Origin: Microcoleus sp.
GTDB taxonomy: Bacteria > Cyanobacteriota > Cyanobacteriia > Cyanobacteriales > Microcoleaceae
Assembly (NCBI GenBank): GCA_052279835.1
Contig: CP181291.1
Span: 160,001 to 224,000, forward strand
Length of the DNA: 64,000 nt
Direction of reading: 5' to 3'
Shown: positions 50,048 to 59,855 of the stretch, piece by piece
Position numbering within the stretch: position 1 is the first letter of the stretch
How the letters are laid out: the number at the start of each line of letters is the position of its first letter
Translations under genes and position numbers: made by a program
Notes under the pieces: model-generated
The model's database searches: none
What the model was told of the DNA's origin: nothing
What the model saw: only the letters and a program-made list of their open reading frames with translations

Positions 50048-50605
50048 CTAACTCCCCGAAAATAAAAACTCAGTAGCAACATTCCACTGACTACCATCAT
50101 GAATCAATAAAATCAACTCCGCAGCAGTAAACTCAAAAAAGATCGATCGCCCTTTGAACTCCAACCAAGCAGCATCAAAATTTGGCTTAGTTAAATCGCT
50201 AAACGCCACAGTCATATGCGGTACAAAAGAGCGAGTCTGAGAAACGCGATCGACAATTCCCAAATTTTCCCCAACATAACTCATCAAATCTGTTTGAAGT
50301 TCCAGCAATGCCGGCGATTTGACAACATCAACGTAAATGACGCGGGGCGCAAAAGCAGCAAAACCGGAGAGAGTAATCGGAATTGGTAAGCGCCCAGCAG
50401 CAAACCCCTTCAAACATTCCTCCAATTTAGGAACATCCGCCATAGCCCATTCAAAAGGAGGTTGCAGCGTGATGTGCGGTGGCGACTGCAAAGCGCGGCG
50501 GCTGTTGTAATGTTCCGCAAAATACTCTTTAATCTGAGTAATCTGCTGTTGAATCTCCAGAGGTGGCACCAAAGCAATGAAAAATCGCTGTTTTAATGGA
50601 TTCAT
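50048..50605 (-). CDS. 2'-5' RNA ligase-like 2H phosphoesterase
   Basis: Two HxT motifs, PPHITL and PHMTV. Confidence 0.88.
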   Translation of the reverse strand: MNPLKQRFFIALVPPLEIQQQITQIKEYFAEHYNSRRALQSPPHITLQPPFEWAMADVPKLEECLKGFAAGRLPIPITLSGFAAFAPRVIYVDVVKSPALLELQTDLMSYVGENLGIVDRVSQTRSFVPHMTVAFSDLTKPNFDAAWLEFKGRSIFFEFTAAELILLIHDGSQWNVATEFLFSGS

Positions 50606-50715
50606 AGGATAACTCAATAAAGGATGCTGGAACATGGAACATAGAGGATTTGCGTGATGGCCCACTTGCCCTCTGACTCATTCCCAATCTAAGATAAAAA
50701 ATCCCCAATAAAAAA

Positions 50716-50982
50716 ATGCCTTGGTTTGTCAAAATTGAGCAAGGAATTGTCGAAAAGCCTGTATTTGACCAGTACGTGCCAGCTCACAGAGCTTATGTCC
50801 GAGAGTTGATTTCTAAAGGACACCGAGCGAAAAGTGGCTACTGGGCAAGGAGAGGCGGTGGTATGTTGATGTTTGAGGCGGGTTCAATGGATGAGGCAAA
50901 GGCGATCGTCGCTCAAGACCCCCTGGTGAAGAACGGTTGCGTTAGTTATGAAATTTATCACTGGTGTGTGGTTGAAGAATAA
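50716..50982 (+). CDS. YciI family protein
   Basis: PAHRAY, GGGMLMF, QDPLV. Confidence 0.88.
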   Translation: MPWFVKIEQGIVEKPVFDQYVPAHRAYVRELISKGHRAKSGYWARRGGGMLMFEAGSMDEAKAIVAQDPLVKNGCVSYEIYHWCVVEE

Positions 50983-51004
50983 ATAACTGTGTTATACTCA
51001 TAAA

Positions 51005-51100
51005 TGAACTGGACCCACGCGATTACAACGCCCAAATCTTGTCAGGACCGGAAGGTAGCAGCAACACGGGATGCTTGTGATAGGCGTGGTATCCGGTTCA
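51005..51100 (+). ncRNA. ffs: Small SRP RNA (4.5S)
   Basis: Domain IV core TCAGGACCGGAAGGTAGCAGC. The termini TGAACTGGA / TCCGGTTCA pair. Confidence 0.95.
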
Positions 51101-51125
51101 CCCAGTTTTTTGAGGTGTAGCTTCT

Positions 51126-51509
51126 ATGCCTGGTTTTGGAGATATTTTACAAAAAGCAGTTTACCTAGGCGTTGGGCTAGCTTCCTACGCTGGCGAAAAA
51201 GCAGGTAGCAAGCTAAATGAGTTGCGCGCTGAAGCTGAAAAGCTCTCGGAAGAATTGGTGAAGCGGGGCGAGATGTCCACGGAAGAAGCTCGTCGCTTTG
51301 TTGATGATATGGTGCAACAGGCTCAGCAGCAGCCCCAGTCAGTGGAACCGGCGGGGAATAAAAACACGACGGAACCGCGACGGATTGAAATTGTTTCTGA
51401 AGAAGAAGACGCTTCGCCAAAAGATGCTAAGGAAGCTGGTGGCGTGGACAAGCTGCGGGAACAGGTACAAAATTTACAAGACGAATTGCGACGGCTGAAG
51501 CGAGATTAA
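51126..51509 (+). CDS. Phasin-like protein
   Basis: KAVYLGVGLAS, ELVKRGEMSTEEARRFVDD. Confidence 0.8.
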   Translation: MPGFGDILQKAVYLGVGLASYAGEKAGSKLNELRAEAEKLSEELVKRGEMSTEEARRFVDDMVQQAQQQPQSVEPAGNKNTTEPRRIEIVSEEEDASPKDAKEAGGVDKLREQVQNLQDELRRLKRD

Positions 51510-51750
51510 ACCGCAAACAGTGCGATATCAAAGCATAAAGGGAACTTAGAGTCAAGCTCTTGAGTTCCCTTTTTGAATATCTACCCCATAATCTCAAATC
51601 AAATGTGGACGGATCTGAGGCAAGAGGTAATAGAATTGTGAGTAGGGTATCAGCACTTTGCAGTTTTTGCGTCAGTGCTGTGTAACTCACCATCAAATTC
51701 TTTCCAAGGACTAAAGTCCTCACTACAAACTGAAGTAACCTTACAAATTC

Positions 51751-52194
51751 ATGGAAGATTGGTCAAAAGGTTTTTTTGAAGTAATCGAAAATGCTGCGTC
51801 TGAAGTAGAGCATTTTTTCACGGATATGAACGAAGATTTTGCTGAAATGCTGGAGGTGTTGACCAAGATTTCGGAAGAGTTTACAGAACAAGTACAGCAT
51901 AATCTGATTAATGAGATTGATGTTTATTTTAATGAGTTTGACGGATATTTCAATGAATTAATAGAACCGATAATTGAGGTTTACCGCGAATTCGAGCAGG
52001 ATTTTGATGAGATAGATTCTTCTTTTGTGACTTATGTAGACCCTTCGCCCATACAACAGCAGGCTTGTCGCGGTTGTCGAAACTATCACGGTCAAGTTTA
52101 TGGGGGAAATTTGTTGGTTTGTGCGATGCACCCTAGCGGTGTGGAATCAGAAGTTTGTCCAGATTGGGAATCTGACGGCGATAATAATTTTTAA
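51751..52194 (+). CDS. Conserved acidic protein with C-terminal Cys/His cluster
   Basis: ACRGCRNYHG...VCAMHP...CPDW. Confidence 0.75.
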   Translation: MEDWSKGFFEVIENAASEVEHFFTDMNEDFAEMLEVLTKISEEFTEQVQHNLINEIDVYFNEFDGYFNELIEPIIEVYREFEQDFDEIDSSFVTYVDPSPIQQQACRGCRNYHGQVYGGNLLVCAMHPSGVESEVCPDWESDGDNNF

Positions 52195-52218
52195 TGGTTT
52201 TTGAGGGGTTAATGGCTT

Positions 52219-52785
52219 ATGGTAATGTTAATTCAATCTCCGTCAAAAATTTCTCTAGAAGAGTTTTTGCTGCTTCCAGAAACTGAGCCGCCTAGCGAGT
52301 ATTTTGATGGTCAAATTTATCAGAAAGATATGGCACAAGGAAAACATAGTACATTACAAACCCGTTTTGCAAATAGAGTTAATCAGGTGGGAGAACTACC
52401 AAAGTTAGCATTTGCTTTTTCAGAATTACGCTGCTCTTTTGATGGACGTTCTATTGTTCCAGATATCGCAGTGTTCGAGTGGGATCGGATTCCTTTGAAT
52501 ACTCAGGGAGAAATTGAAAATAGGTTTGAAATTGCGCCGGATTGGATAATTGAGATTTTATCACCGGAGCAAACTTCTACTCGCGTGATTAATAAGATTC
52601 TGTTTTGCCTCAAAAATAACACTAAATTAGGTTGGCTGATTGACCCGGAAGAAAAATTAGTCATTGTATTTAAACCTCAGCAGCAACTTGAAATTAAAGA
52701 GAATGAAGATGTTTTACCTGTACTCGATGTGCTGTCTGGTTTGCAATTGTCGGCCGCCAATTTGTTTGATCTGTTAAAGTTTTAA
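52219..52785 (+). CDS. Uma2 family protein
   Basis: SEYFDGQI, VPDIAVF, PDWIIEILSP, LGWLIDP. Confidence 0.92.
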   Translation: MVMLIQSPSKISLEEFLLLPETEPPSEYFDGQIYQKDMAQGKHSTLQTRFANRVNQVGELPKLAFAFSELRCSFDGRSIVPDIAVFEWDRIPLNTQGEIENRFEIAPDWIIEILSPEQTSTRVINKILFCLKNNTKLGWLIDPEEKLVIVFKPQQQLEIKENEDVLPVLDVLSGLQLSAANLFDLLKF

Positions 52786-52840
52786 TTAGAAATTAGTTAC
52801 GGTTGAATCAGGATAATATTGCATCTAACTGTATTTAAAA

Positions 52841-54232
52841 GTGAATCTATCGATCGCCAATAATCCCCAATTCGGGTTTCCGAAAATGCCGCCATCGCTA
52901 CAATTGCGGCCATATCAGCGAGTTGCGGTGGCTAATTGGTTTGCAAATAATGGACGCGGTACGCTGAAGATGGCTACGGGTAGCGGTAAGACGATTACTG
53001 CACTGGCGATCGCCACTGAATTATACCAAAAAATTAACCTGGAAGTCCTCCTGGTAATTTGCCCCTATTGCCATCTAGTGAGTCAGTGGGGGCGCGAATC
53101 GGAAAAATTTGGTTTAAAACCTATTTTGGCTTTTGAAGAAGGCCGCAGTTGGCAAAATCAATTAAGTACGGCTTTGTATGAAGTGCGATCGGGCGATCGG
53201 CTATTTTTGACAATTATCACTACTAACGCCACATTAATGTCCGATAGCTTGCAATCTCAACTGCGCTATTTTCCAGAAAAAACCCTAATTATTGGAGACG
53301 AAGTTCACAACTTGGGCGCGCCCCGTTTAGGACAAAGTTTACCCCGGAATATTGGGCTACGCCTCGCCCTTTCCGCCACCCCAGAAAGATATTTTGACGA
53401 ACAGGGAACCGAAGCTATTTTAGATTATTTCGGTCCTGTTTTGCAGCCGGAGCTCACCTTGCGAGATGCCATCCGCCAAAAAGCATTAGTACATTATTTA
53501 TACTATCCCATTTTAGTAGAATTAACCGCCACCGAAAGTCGCAAATATTCCTACTTAACTAAAAAAATTGGCTGGGTACTTTCGGGGGATGAAAAAGTAG
53601 CAGAAAACGATGCTTTAACAACTTTATTAATCCAGAGAGCCAGGTTAATTGGGGCGGCTGGTAATAAGTTAATAGCTTTGCGAGAATTAATGATTCACCG
53701 TCTCGATACTGCACACACTTTATTCTACTGTGGCGACGGTGCGACGGAAGGGGCAACGCGCAAAAATAACAACCGCCAACTAACAGAAACCACCAAGTTA
53801 CTCGGTGCAGAATTAGGCTACCGAGTTAACACTTATACTGCCGCCACACCTTTAGCAGAAAGAGAACGATTGCGACGACAATTTGAAACCGGAGAATTGC
53901 AAGGTTTGGTAGCGATTCGGTGTTTAGATGAAGGGGTTGACATTCCAGCAATTCGCAACGCCGTAATTTTAGCCAGCAGCAGCAACCCGCGCCAGTTTAT
54001 TCAGCGTCGCGGGCGAATTTTGCGGCCGCATCCGGGAAAGGAAAGAGCAACTTTATTTGACATGATAGTTTTACCTCCCGATTTAGGTAGAGAAACTTTA
54101 GAAGTGGAACGCAATTTGCTCAGAAAGGAGTTAAAGCGGTTCTTAGAATTTGCCGATTTGGCTGACAACGCTGGGGAAGCTAGGGTGAAATTGCTACAAC
54201 TTCAGAAGCGGTATGGTTTGTTAGATATTTGA
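52841..54232 (+). CDS. SF2 helicase, DNA phosphorothioation-associated restriction component (PbeA-like)
   Basis: LRPYQ, MATGSGKT, DEVH, LSATPER, CLDEGVDIP, QFIQRRGRILR. Confidence 0.85.
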   Translation: MNLSIANNPQFGFPKMPPSLQLRPYQRVAVANWFANNGRGTLKMATGSGKTITALAIATELYQKINLEVLLVICPYCHLVSQWGRESEKFGLKPILAFEEGRSWQNQLSTALYEVRSGDRLFLTIITTNATLMSDSLQSQLRYFPEKTLIIGDEVHNLGAPRLGQSLPRNIGLRLALSATPERYFDEQGTEAILDYFGPVLQPELTLRDAIRQKALVHYLYYPILVELTATESRKYSYLTKKIGWVLSGDEKVAENDALTTLLIQRARLIGAAGNKLIALRELMIHRLDTAHTLFYCGDGATEGATRKNNNRQLTETTKLLGAELGYRVNTYTAATPLAERERLRRQFETGELQGLVAIRCLDEGVDIPAIRNAVILASSSNPRQFIQRRGRILRPHPGKERATLFDMIVLPPDLGRETLEVERNLLRKELKRFLEFADLADNAGEARVKLLQLQKRYGLLDI

Positions 54233-54413
54233 CATTTATTAGGGTGTGGTTTATGTTAATAATTAGAAGATAGAGGCGAACAATGATTGTACAGTCTACT
54301 GTTTAGCCCTTCGGATCTTACCTTGATTTAAGTGAATTTACTGATAATATAATTATTTTAAGCACCCTTGAGTGATTTTTTTAAGAATCGGGAAAAAGTT
54401 GAGGTTTAATTTG

Positions 54414-54698
54414 ATGGAAAACTTGAGAGAAAGTTGGATAGAAAATCAGAGCAGTACATATAAATATGGAAACAGCCAGACTCCGACAATATCAACAGAA
54501 ATATTAGCCGAAAAGCGCTCTCCTTATCAAATAGAAAACGATCTCTCCGACGTACAGGAACCGATTATTAACGCGCCGCCGGAAGTGCGGCAAATTATTG
54601 AGCGGGTATTGGAAATTGAGAAAGATAAGCTATACATGAAATCTCCCCGCTATATCAGCGATGACATTTTGAAAATAATTAAGGAAGCGGTTATATGA
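54414..54698 (+). CDS. Small protein preceding the SMC-like ATPase (PbeB-like position)
   Basis: PPEVRQIIERVLEIEKDKL. ATGA overlap with the ATPase gene. Confidence 0.7.
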   Translation: MENLRESWIENQSSTYKYGNSQTPTISTEILAEKRSPYQIENDLSDVQEPIINAPPEVRQIIERVLEIEKDKLYMKSPRYISDDILKIIKEAVI

Positions 54699-56761
54699 AG
54701 TTAATTTCCCTTGTTTTGTGCAATTTTCGCCAGTTTTACGGCAAAAGTCCCGAAATTAAGCTGGCTGGTGGTAAGCAAAATACTACCGTGATTCACGGCA
54801 ATAATGGATCGGGAAAAACTGCTTTGATGAATGCGTTTACCTGGGTACTTTACGAAAAATTTAGCGCCGCTTTTGCTGCAAAAGAGCAATTAGTAAACAA
54901 GCGGGCTCTAGCTGAGGCAGAAATAGGGAAAAAAGTATCTTGCTGGGCAGAAATTGTGTTTGAGCACGACAGCACCCGCTACAAAGCCCATCGTATTTGT
55001 CGCGCTTACAAAAGTGAAAACTCGGTTGAACTAAGCGACAGCGAATTGTCACTGACTGTAGCCAAAGATGACGGGCGCTGGATACCGACGGCGCAGCACG
55101 CTGAGGATATTATCGGACGGATTTTGCCGGAAAGTTTGCATCAATATTTCTTTTTTGATGGAGAAAGAATCGAACAAATTGTCCGACAAGACAACAAGGC
55201 AGAAATTGCTGAAGCTACTAAGGAGTTGCTGGGCGTAGAAGTGTTGAATCGTTCGATTCGGCATTTAGGAGATGCCAAAAAGTCTTTAGAAACAGATTTA
55301 AAAATAGTTGGTAATGCGGAAAGCAAAAAATTATTAACTGATAAAGATAAATGCGAATTAGAAATTGAAAAACTTGCCAAGCGTCAAGTCGAGATTGAGG
55401 GTGAGTTGGTAAGCCAAGGCGAGTTAAAAAGAGCCATTAGCGGGAATTTGTTGGAACTCAGCGGTGCTGGGGAAATGCAAAGGCTGCGAGATGAATTGGA
55501 AATGCAGAAAGCTTTGCTCAAACAACAGATTAGCCGGTGTTTAGATGCTATCAAGCGCTCGGTTTCTGTGCGGGGTTATGTGGTGTTTTTATCGGAAGCT
55601 GCGACGGATTTTCAAGTAATTATTGGAGGTTTGCGAAAAAAAGGTGAGTTGCTGTCGGGGATTCAGCAGCCGTTTCTGTCAGAGTTGTTAGCGAGGGAAA
55701 GGTGCATCTGTGGTGCGGAATTAATCGAGGGTTCGGAAGCTCATGCAGAGGTGAGCGGTTGGATGGATAAAGCGGGGGTTGGTGATGTGGAAGAAACTAC
55801 GATTCGGATTAGCGATCGCGTCCATGAAATCGACAGACAAATTGCTGATTTTTGGGAAGAAGTTGATAATCATCAAGCTAATATTAAGGCCAGCAGAAGC
55901 GAACTTTCTAGGGTGGAAAATCAGTTAGATGATATTCACAACAAGCTGCGAAATTATCCTGACACCGATGTCAGTGGCTTGCAAAAGCGCTTGGATGAAA
56001 TTGAAATTGCCATTGGCGATTTGCACCGAGAAACTGGCTTTAACCAGCAGCAAATTGAGAGTGCGAGGGCGCAGATGGCGAGTTTAAATAAGCAAATTGA
56101 CAAGCAGCAAATGAATGAGGAGAAGCAAATTTTGGCTCAGCGGCGGATTGCTGCTACTCAGGATGCGATCGATCGCCTAACTGAAGTGCGATCGCGTTTG
56201 GAAAAACAGTTTTGTTCTCAGCTAGAAAACAGAATTCAAGATATTTTTAGTCAAATTTCTTTTACTCCTTATATTCCAAAATTAAGCGATAAATACGAAT
56301 TGACATTAGTAGAAAATACTTCGGGTAAACCAGCTTTGGTTGCTGCTTCTACTGGGGAAAATCAAATTCTCAGTTTGTCGTTTATTGGGGGAATTATTGA
56401 GGGGGTGCGGGAGTGGAGTCAAAAAAATACTTTGATGGGCCCGGATAGCAGTACATTTCCCATTGTGATGGACTCTCCCTTTGGTAGTTTGGACGAAATT
56501 TATCGGAAACAAATTGCGAAAAAGTTGCCTAAGTTAGCGAATCAATTGGTAATTTTGGTAACAAAAACTCAGTGGCGGGGAGAAGTCGCGCAAGAGATGG
56601 AAAATTGCACTGGGAGAGAATATGTACTTGTTTACAATTCTCCTAAACCTGATTGCGAAGAAGATGCGATCGAACTGGGTGGTTCGCGCTATCCTTTAGT
56701 TAAGCACAGTCCCAATGAGTTTGAATATACGGAAATTGTAGAGGTGGATTATGGCTTCTAA
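54695..56761 (+). CDS. SMC/Rad50-like ABC ATPase (DndD/PbeC-like)
   Basis: NFRQFYG, GNNGSGKT, YFFFDGERI, coiled coil with a central CICG, STGENQ, VMDSPFGSLD. Confidence 0.9.
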   Translation: MKLISLVLCNFRQFYGKSPEIKLAGGKQNTTVIHGNNGSGKTALMNAFTWVLYEKFSAAFAAKEQLVNKRALAEAEIGKKVSCWAEIVFEHDSTRYKAHRICRAYKSENSVELSDSELSLTVAKDDGRWIPTAQHAEDIIGRILPESLHQYFFFDGERIEQIVRQDNKAEIAEATKELLGVEVLNRSIRHLGDAKKSLETDLKIVGNAESKKLLTDKDKCELEIEKLAKRQVEIEGELVSQGELKRAISGNLLELSGAGEMQRLRDELEMQKALLKQQISRCLDAIKRSVSVRGYVVFLSEAATDFQVIIGGLRKKGELLSGIQQPFLSELLARERCICGAELIEGSEAHAEVSGWMDKAGVGDVEETTIRISDRVHEIDRQIADFWEEVDNHQANIKASRSELSRVENQLDDIHNKLRNYPDTDVSGLQKRLDEIEIAIGDLHRETGFNQQQIESARAQMASLNKQIDKQQMNEEKQILAQRRIAATQDAIDRLTEVRSRLEKQFCSQLENRIQDIFSQISFTPYIPKLSDKYELTLVENTSGKPALVAASTGENQILSLSFIGGIIEGVREWSQKNTLMGPDSSTFPIVMDSPFGSLDEIYRKQIAKKLPKLANQLVILVTKTQWRGEVAQEMENCTGREYVLVYNSPKPDCEEDAIELGGSRYPLVKHSPNEFEYTEIVEVDYGF

Positions 56762-57407
56762 TTCGGGAATTACACAGGTTTTGGAAACAGATATTTGGGT
56801 GAAAGCAACTTGGGAAGAGTTTCTAGCCTTCGCTGAGGATTCAGCTTGGGAAAAAGGCAATTTTTATTACGATCGAGAACAAATGAGGATAGAAATGTCA
56901 CCAGTAGGGCCATTGCACGCGCGTCATAATTCAATTATCCCGTATGTAGTTATTCTGTTTGCTGCATTGAAAAATATCCGAGTAGTTCAATTTGCTAATG
57001 CCAGTTTCCGCAAAGTAGGTATTCGTGAGTTTCAACCCGATCTAGCTTACTACATCGGTTCGGATTTGAGGGTTCCTCCTAATGACAGTAATTCACCTGT
57101 TAATTTGAATGAATACGATCCGCCTAATTTGGTAATAGAAATTGGCGCATCTTCTTTTAGTGATGATTTGGGTAACAAGCGGTTGCTTTATGAAGACGCA
57201 GGAATTAGCGAATATTGGGTTGAACGTGCAAACACGCGGGAGGTGTTTGCCTTTGCAATTAATGGCGGAGGTAGTGGCAGGATTCAACAGTCGCGGGTTT
57301 TACTTGGGCTAGAAATCGCGTTAGTTGAGGAAGCTTTGAATCGGAGTCAAACTCAAGATGATGGAGAAATTAATCGCTGGTTGATTCAAACTTTTAGTCA
57401 AGGTTAA
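56751..57407 (+). CDS. Uma2 family protein
   Basis: MRIEMSP, QPDLAYY, PPNLVIEI, GISEYWV. Overlaps the ATPase stop. Confidence 0.9.
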   Translation: MASNSGITQVLETDIWVKATWEEFLAFAEDSAWEKGNFYYDREQMRIEMSPVGPLHARHNSIIPYVVILFAALKNIRVVQFANASFRKVGIREFQPDLAYYIGSDLRVPPNDSNSPVNLNEYDPPNLVIEIGASSFSDDLGNKRLLYEDAGISEYWVERANTREVFAFAINGGGSGRIQQSRVLLGLEIALVEEALNRSQTQDDGEINRWLIQTFSQG

Positions 57408-57411
57408 AGGA

Positions 57412-57741
57412 GTGTTAGAGGTGGGGAAAGAGTATCATAAGTTGGTGCGCGATCGCATTCCTGAAATTATTCGAGAAAATGGTATTGAATGCGAAGTTAC
57501 TGTTTTGTCCGAAGCCGAATACTGTCAAGCTTTGCGGCAGAAATTGATGGAAGAAGCTGGGGAAGTGGCGGAGGCTGAGGGGGAAGATTTGGTGGCGGAA
57601 TTGGCTGATTTGTATGAGGTGATAGATGCGCTGATGGCGAGTAGTGGCATTTCGGGCGATCGCATTTTGAAAGCACAAATCAAGCGCCGGGAAGAAAGAG
57701 GCGGTTTTGCACAAAAAATCATGTTGTTGCGGACATTGTGA
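57412..57741 (+). CDS. All-alpha NTP pyrophosphohydrolase (MazG/HisE-like)
   Basis: KLVRDRIPEII, KLMEEAGE, ELADLYEV, KREERGGF. Confidence 0.9.
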   Translation: MLEVGKEYHKLVRDRIPEIIRENGIECEVTVLSEAEYCQALRQKLMEEAGEVAEAEGEDLVAELADLYEVIDALMASSGISGDRILKAQIKRREERGGFAQKIMLLRTL

Positions 57742-57820
57742 GTAATTTTAATACTAAATTTATCATGAGAATTTGACGCTTGGTTTTGCCAAGATATATA
57801 ATAGTTACAAACTACAAATT

Positions 57821-58297
57821 ATGGCAATGGCTGCTAACAAAATTAGAATTGCTAAAGATAAAGCGGATTTCGTCAAATCTTTAACTTTATCTGATAACAA
57901 CACTGGTCCTTTCCAGACTTACGCCGATGTCATTGCCTTTGCTGCATCCTTGGGAAATAAGCGGAAAAAACGTTTACGTTTGGGGGAAATTTCTAAACGA
58001 GAACCGGGGGCGATCGATGTTGATATTTTTGTCTCTAGGGGTTACGATATGGTGATTAAGTTAATTGCGATCGCCGAAACTAAAAATCCTCAAATTCTCT
58101 CCCATCTCGACGGAGAATTGGAAGCGCAACGCTTGCAAATTTTTGAAGAATATGCTAACGGCGGGTTGGAAATATTGCGAGAAGAGTTTCGGGGTGCGGC
58201 GGATTATACAGACAGACTGTTGTTATTTTTAATCACGGAAAAAGATAATCAACATCGGTCAAATGAAGAATTCGATTTAAGCAAGTTCTTATTCTAA
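57821..58297 (+). CDS. DNA phosphorothioation-associated protein 4 (PbeD-like)
   Basis: GPFQTYADVIAFAASLG and IFEEYANGGLEIL. Confidence 0.85.
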   Translation: MAMAANKIRIAKDKADFVKSLTLSDNNTGPFQTYADVIAFAASLGNKRKKRLRLGEISKREPGAIDVDIFVSRGYDMVIKLIAIAETKNPQILSHLDGELEAQRLQIFEEYANGGLEILREEFRGAADYTDRLLLFLITEKDNQHRSNEEFDLSKFLF

Positions 58298-58307
58298 TAG
58301 CTTTTCA

Positions 58308-59354
58308 ATGAATTACCTACCAGAAAATATCCTCAACAGATACTTCAAGCAATCTGCAAAAATTTTCGCTTACAGCTACTTAGCATTAATTATTGGCTAT
58401 TTAATTCTCAAACTAATTTTTTGGGACAGGCTGTGGATTATAGCCTTGATTAGCACTTTTATACCCTTGATTTTTTTCCCAACTTTCCTGCTTCCCATCA
58501 TCGGATTCTCAATTATCCAAAAAAGATGGTTTACGATAATTTCGGCGATCGCCTGCATTATCCTCATAAGTTGGCTGCACGTCAAATACTTTTCTCCCGC
58601 ACGAGTCAACATCACAAATTCGCAGCCCGGTCTCAAAATTTTATCCCATAACCTCGGTTGGTATACCACACAATCGCCAACTTTAATTAAACTAATTGAA
58701 AGGGAAAAACCTGACATTATCTTTCTACAAGAAATCGTCGAGAAGCATATCGAAAGAGCTTTCACCTGGTTAAAAGTAGACTACCCCTATCAAATTGGCA
58801 TTCCCCCAGTAGGAATTCTCAGTAAATATCCAATTGTATCTAGCGAAATATTGAACTTAGCTGGTCATCCAGAAACGCAGCAGCGAGCAATTATTAACTT
58901 CAACCAACAAAAAATAGTCCTTTATAATATGCAAGCCACAGGGCCCTGGTTTCGGAAATCTAAAGTATTGCCTTTAGTCAGAATTCCTGTTTACAAATAT
59001 GCCAAACGCGCTCCCGAAATTCAAGATTTAGTAGAACGAGTCCAGACAGAAACTTTGCCCGTAATTGTCGCCGGTGATTTTAATATGACAGAGGAAACTC
59101 AAGACTATCACAATGTGCAAAAAGTCATGCAAGATGCTTTCAGAAAATCGGGATTCGGGTTTGGTTTTACCTGGCCTCACGGTTGGCAACTTAAGTTCTT
59201 GATTAAAAGCTTGAATTGGAAATTAAATTATCCTGTTTGTCGGATTGATTATATTTGGTATTCAAAGCATTGGGGTGCGAAATCAAGTTCGGTTGTACAA
59301 GCAACAGAGTCCGATCATTTGCCTGTAGCAGCGGAATTAGTTTTGTTACAATGA
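58308..59354 (+). CDS. Membrane-anchored endonuclease/exonuclease/phosphatase family protein
   Basis: N-terminal TMs, PDIIFLQE, VAGDFN, RIDYIW, SDH. Confidence 0.9.
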   Translation: MNYLPENILNRYFKQSAKIFAYSYLALIIGYLILKLIFWDRLWIIALISTFIPLIFFPTFLLPIIGFSIIQKRWFTIISAIACIILISWLHVKYFSPARVNITNSQPGLKILSHNLGWYTTQSPTLIKLIEREKPDIIFLQEIVEKHIERAFTWLKVDYPYQIGIPPVGILSKYPIVSSEILNLAGHPETQQRAIINFNQQKIVLYNMQATGPWFRKSKVLPLVRIPVYKYAKRAPEIQDLVERVQTETLPVIVAGDFNMTEETQDYHNVQKVMQDAFRKSGFGFGFTWPHGWQLKFLIKSLNWKLNYPVCRIDYIWYSKHWGAKSSSVVQATESDHLPVAAELVLLQ

Positions 59355-59402
59355 ATTTGAGTCATATGTTAATATAAGTATTAGGTGAAATGCTTAACCC
59401 TA

Positions 59403-59591
59403 ATGCCTACTAATGCCCAGCTAGAGAGTTTATATCGCATCTGTTATCAATTGACCTATACAATGCTTCAGCCCATCCATCTTATTTGTGTTGACGATCG
59501 CACTCATAACGTGTACATATTGGCTGGCTACGATGAAGAGCTTGAGTTCCAAATTTTACCAAATGGGGAGTTTGCTGATGAGCCAAGTTAA
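59403..59591 (+). CDS. DUF6888-like small protein
   Basis: MPTNAQL...LQPIHLICVDDRT...YILAG. Overlaps the next gene. Confidence 0.65.
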   Translation: MPTNAQLESLYRICYQLTYTMLQPIHLICVDDRTHNVYILAGYDEELEFQILPNGEFADEPS

Positions 59592-59793
59592 CTATAATGC
59601 AATGTCTAACTCTGAATTGAAACAGTATTTTCTGAAACATCGTGGAGATAGAGCAGCTTTTCAGGCGTACCTAGACAGAATAAATCAGCATCCGCTGAGG
59701 ATTATTGCAAGTCCCGGCGATCCAGATTTTGATGAGAAAGTTCAAGCTGCAATCCGTCGAAAATTAGAAGCAGCAAGAAATAGCAGCAGGTGA
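59578..59793 (+). CDS. DUF6887-like small protein
   Basis: NYNAMSNSELKQYFLKHRGDRAAFQAYLDR. Confidence 0.7.
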   Translation: MSQVNYNAMSNSELKQYFLKHRGDRAAFQAYLDRINQHPLRIIASPGDPDFDEKVQAAIRRKLEAARNSSR

Positions 59794-59855
59794 ATAAAGC
59801 TAGGAATACAGTAGTGTCGTATCCCGTATTTCATCCTACTTTTCCCAGTAAAAAA

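Noticed and set aside
54695..56761. Canonical dndD or chromosome smc
   Set aside because: There is no flanking dndC/dndE, it is too short for Smc, and the helicase / small protein / protein-4 context points to the restriction-side ATPase.
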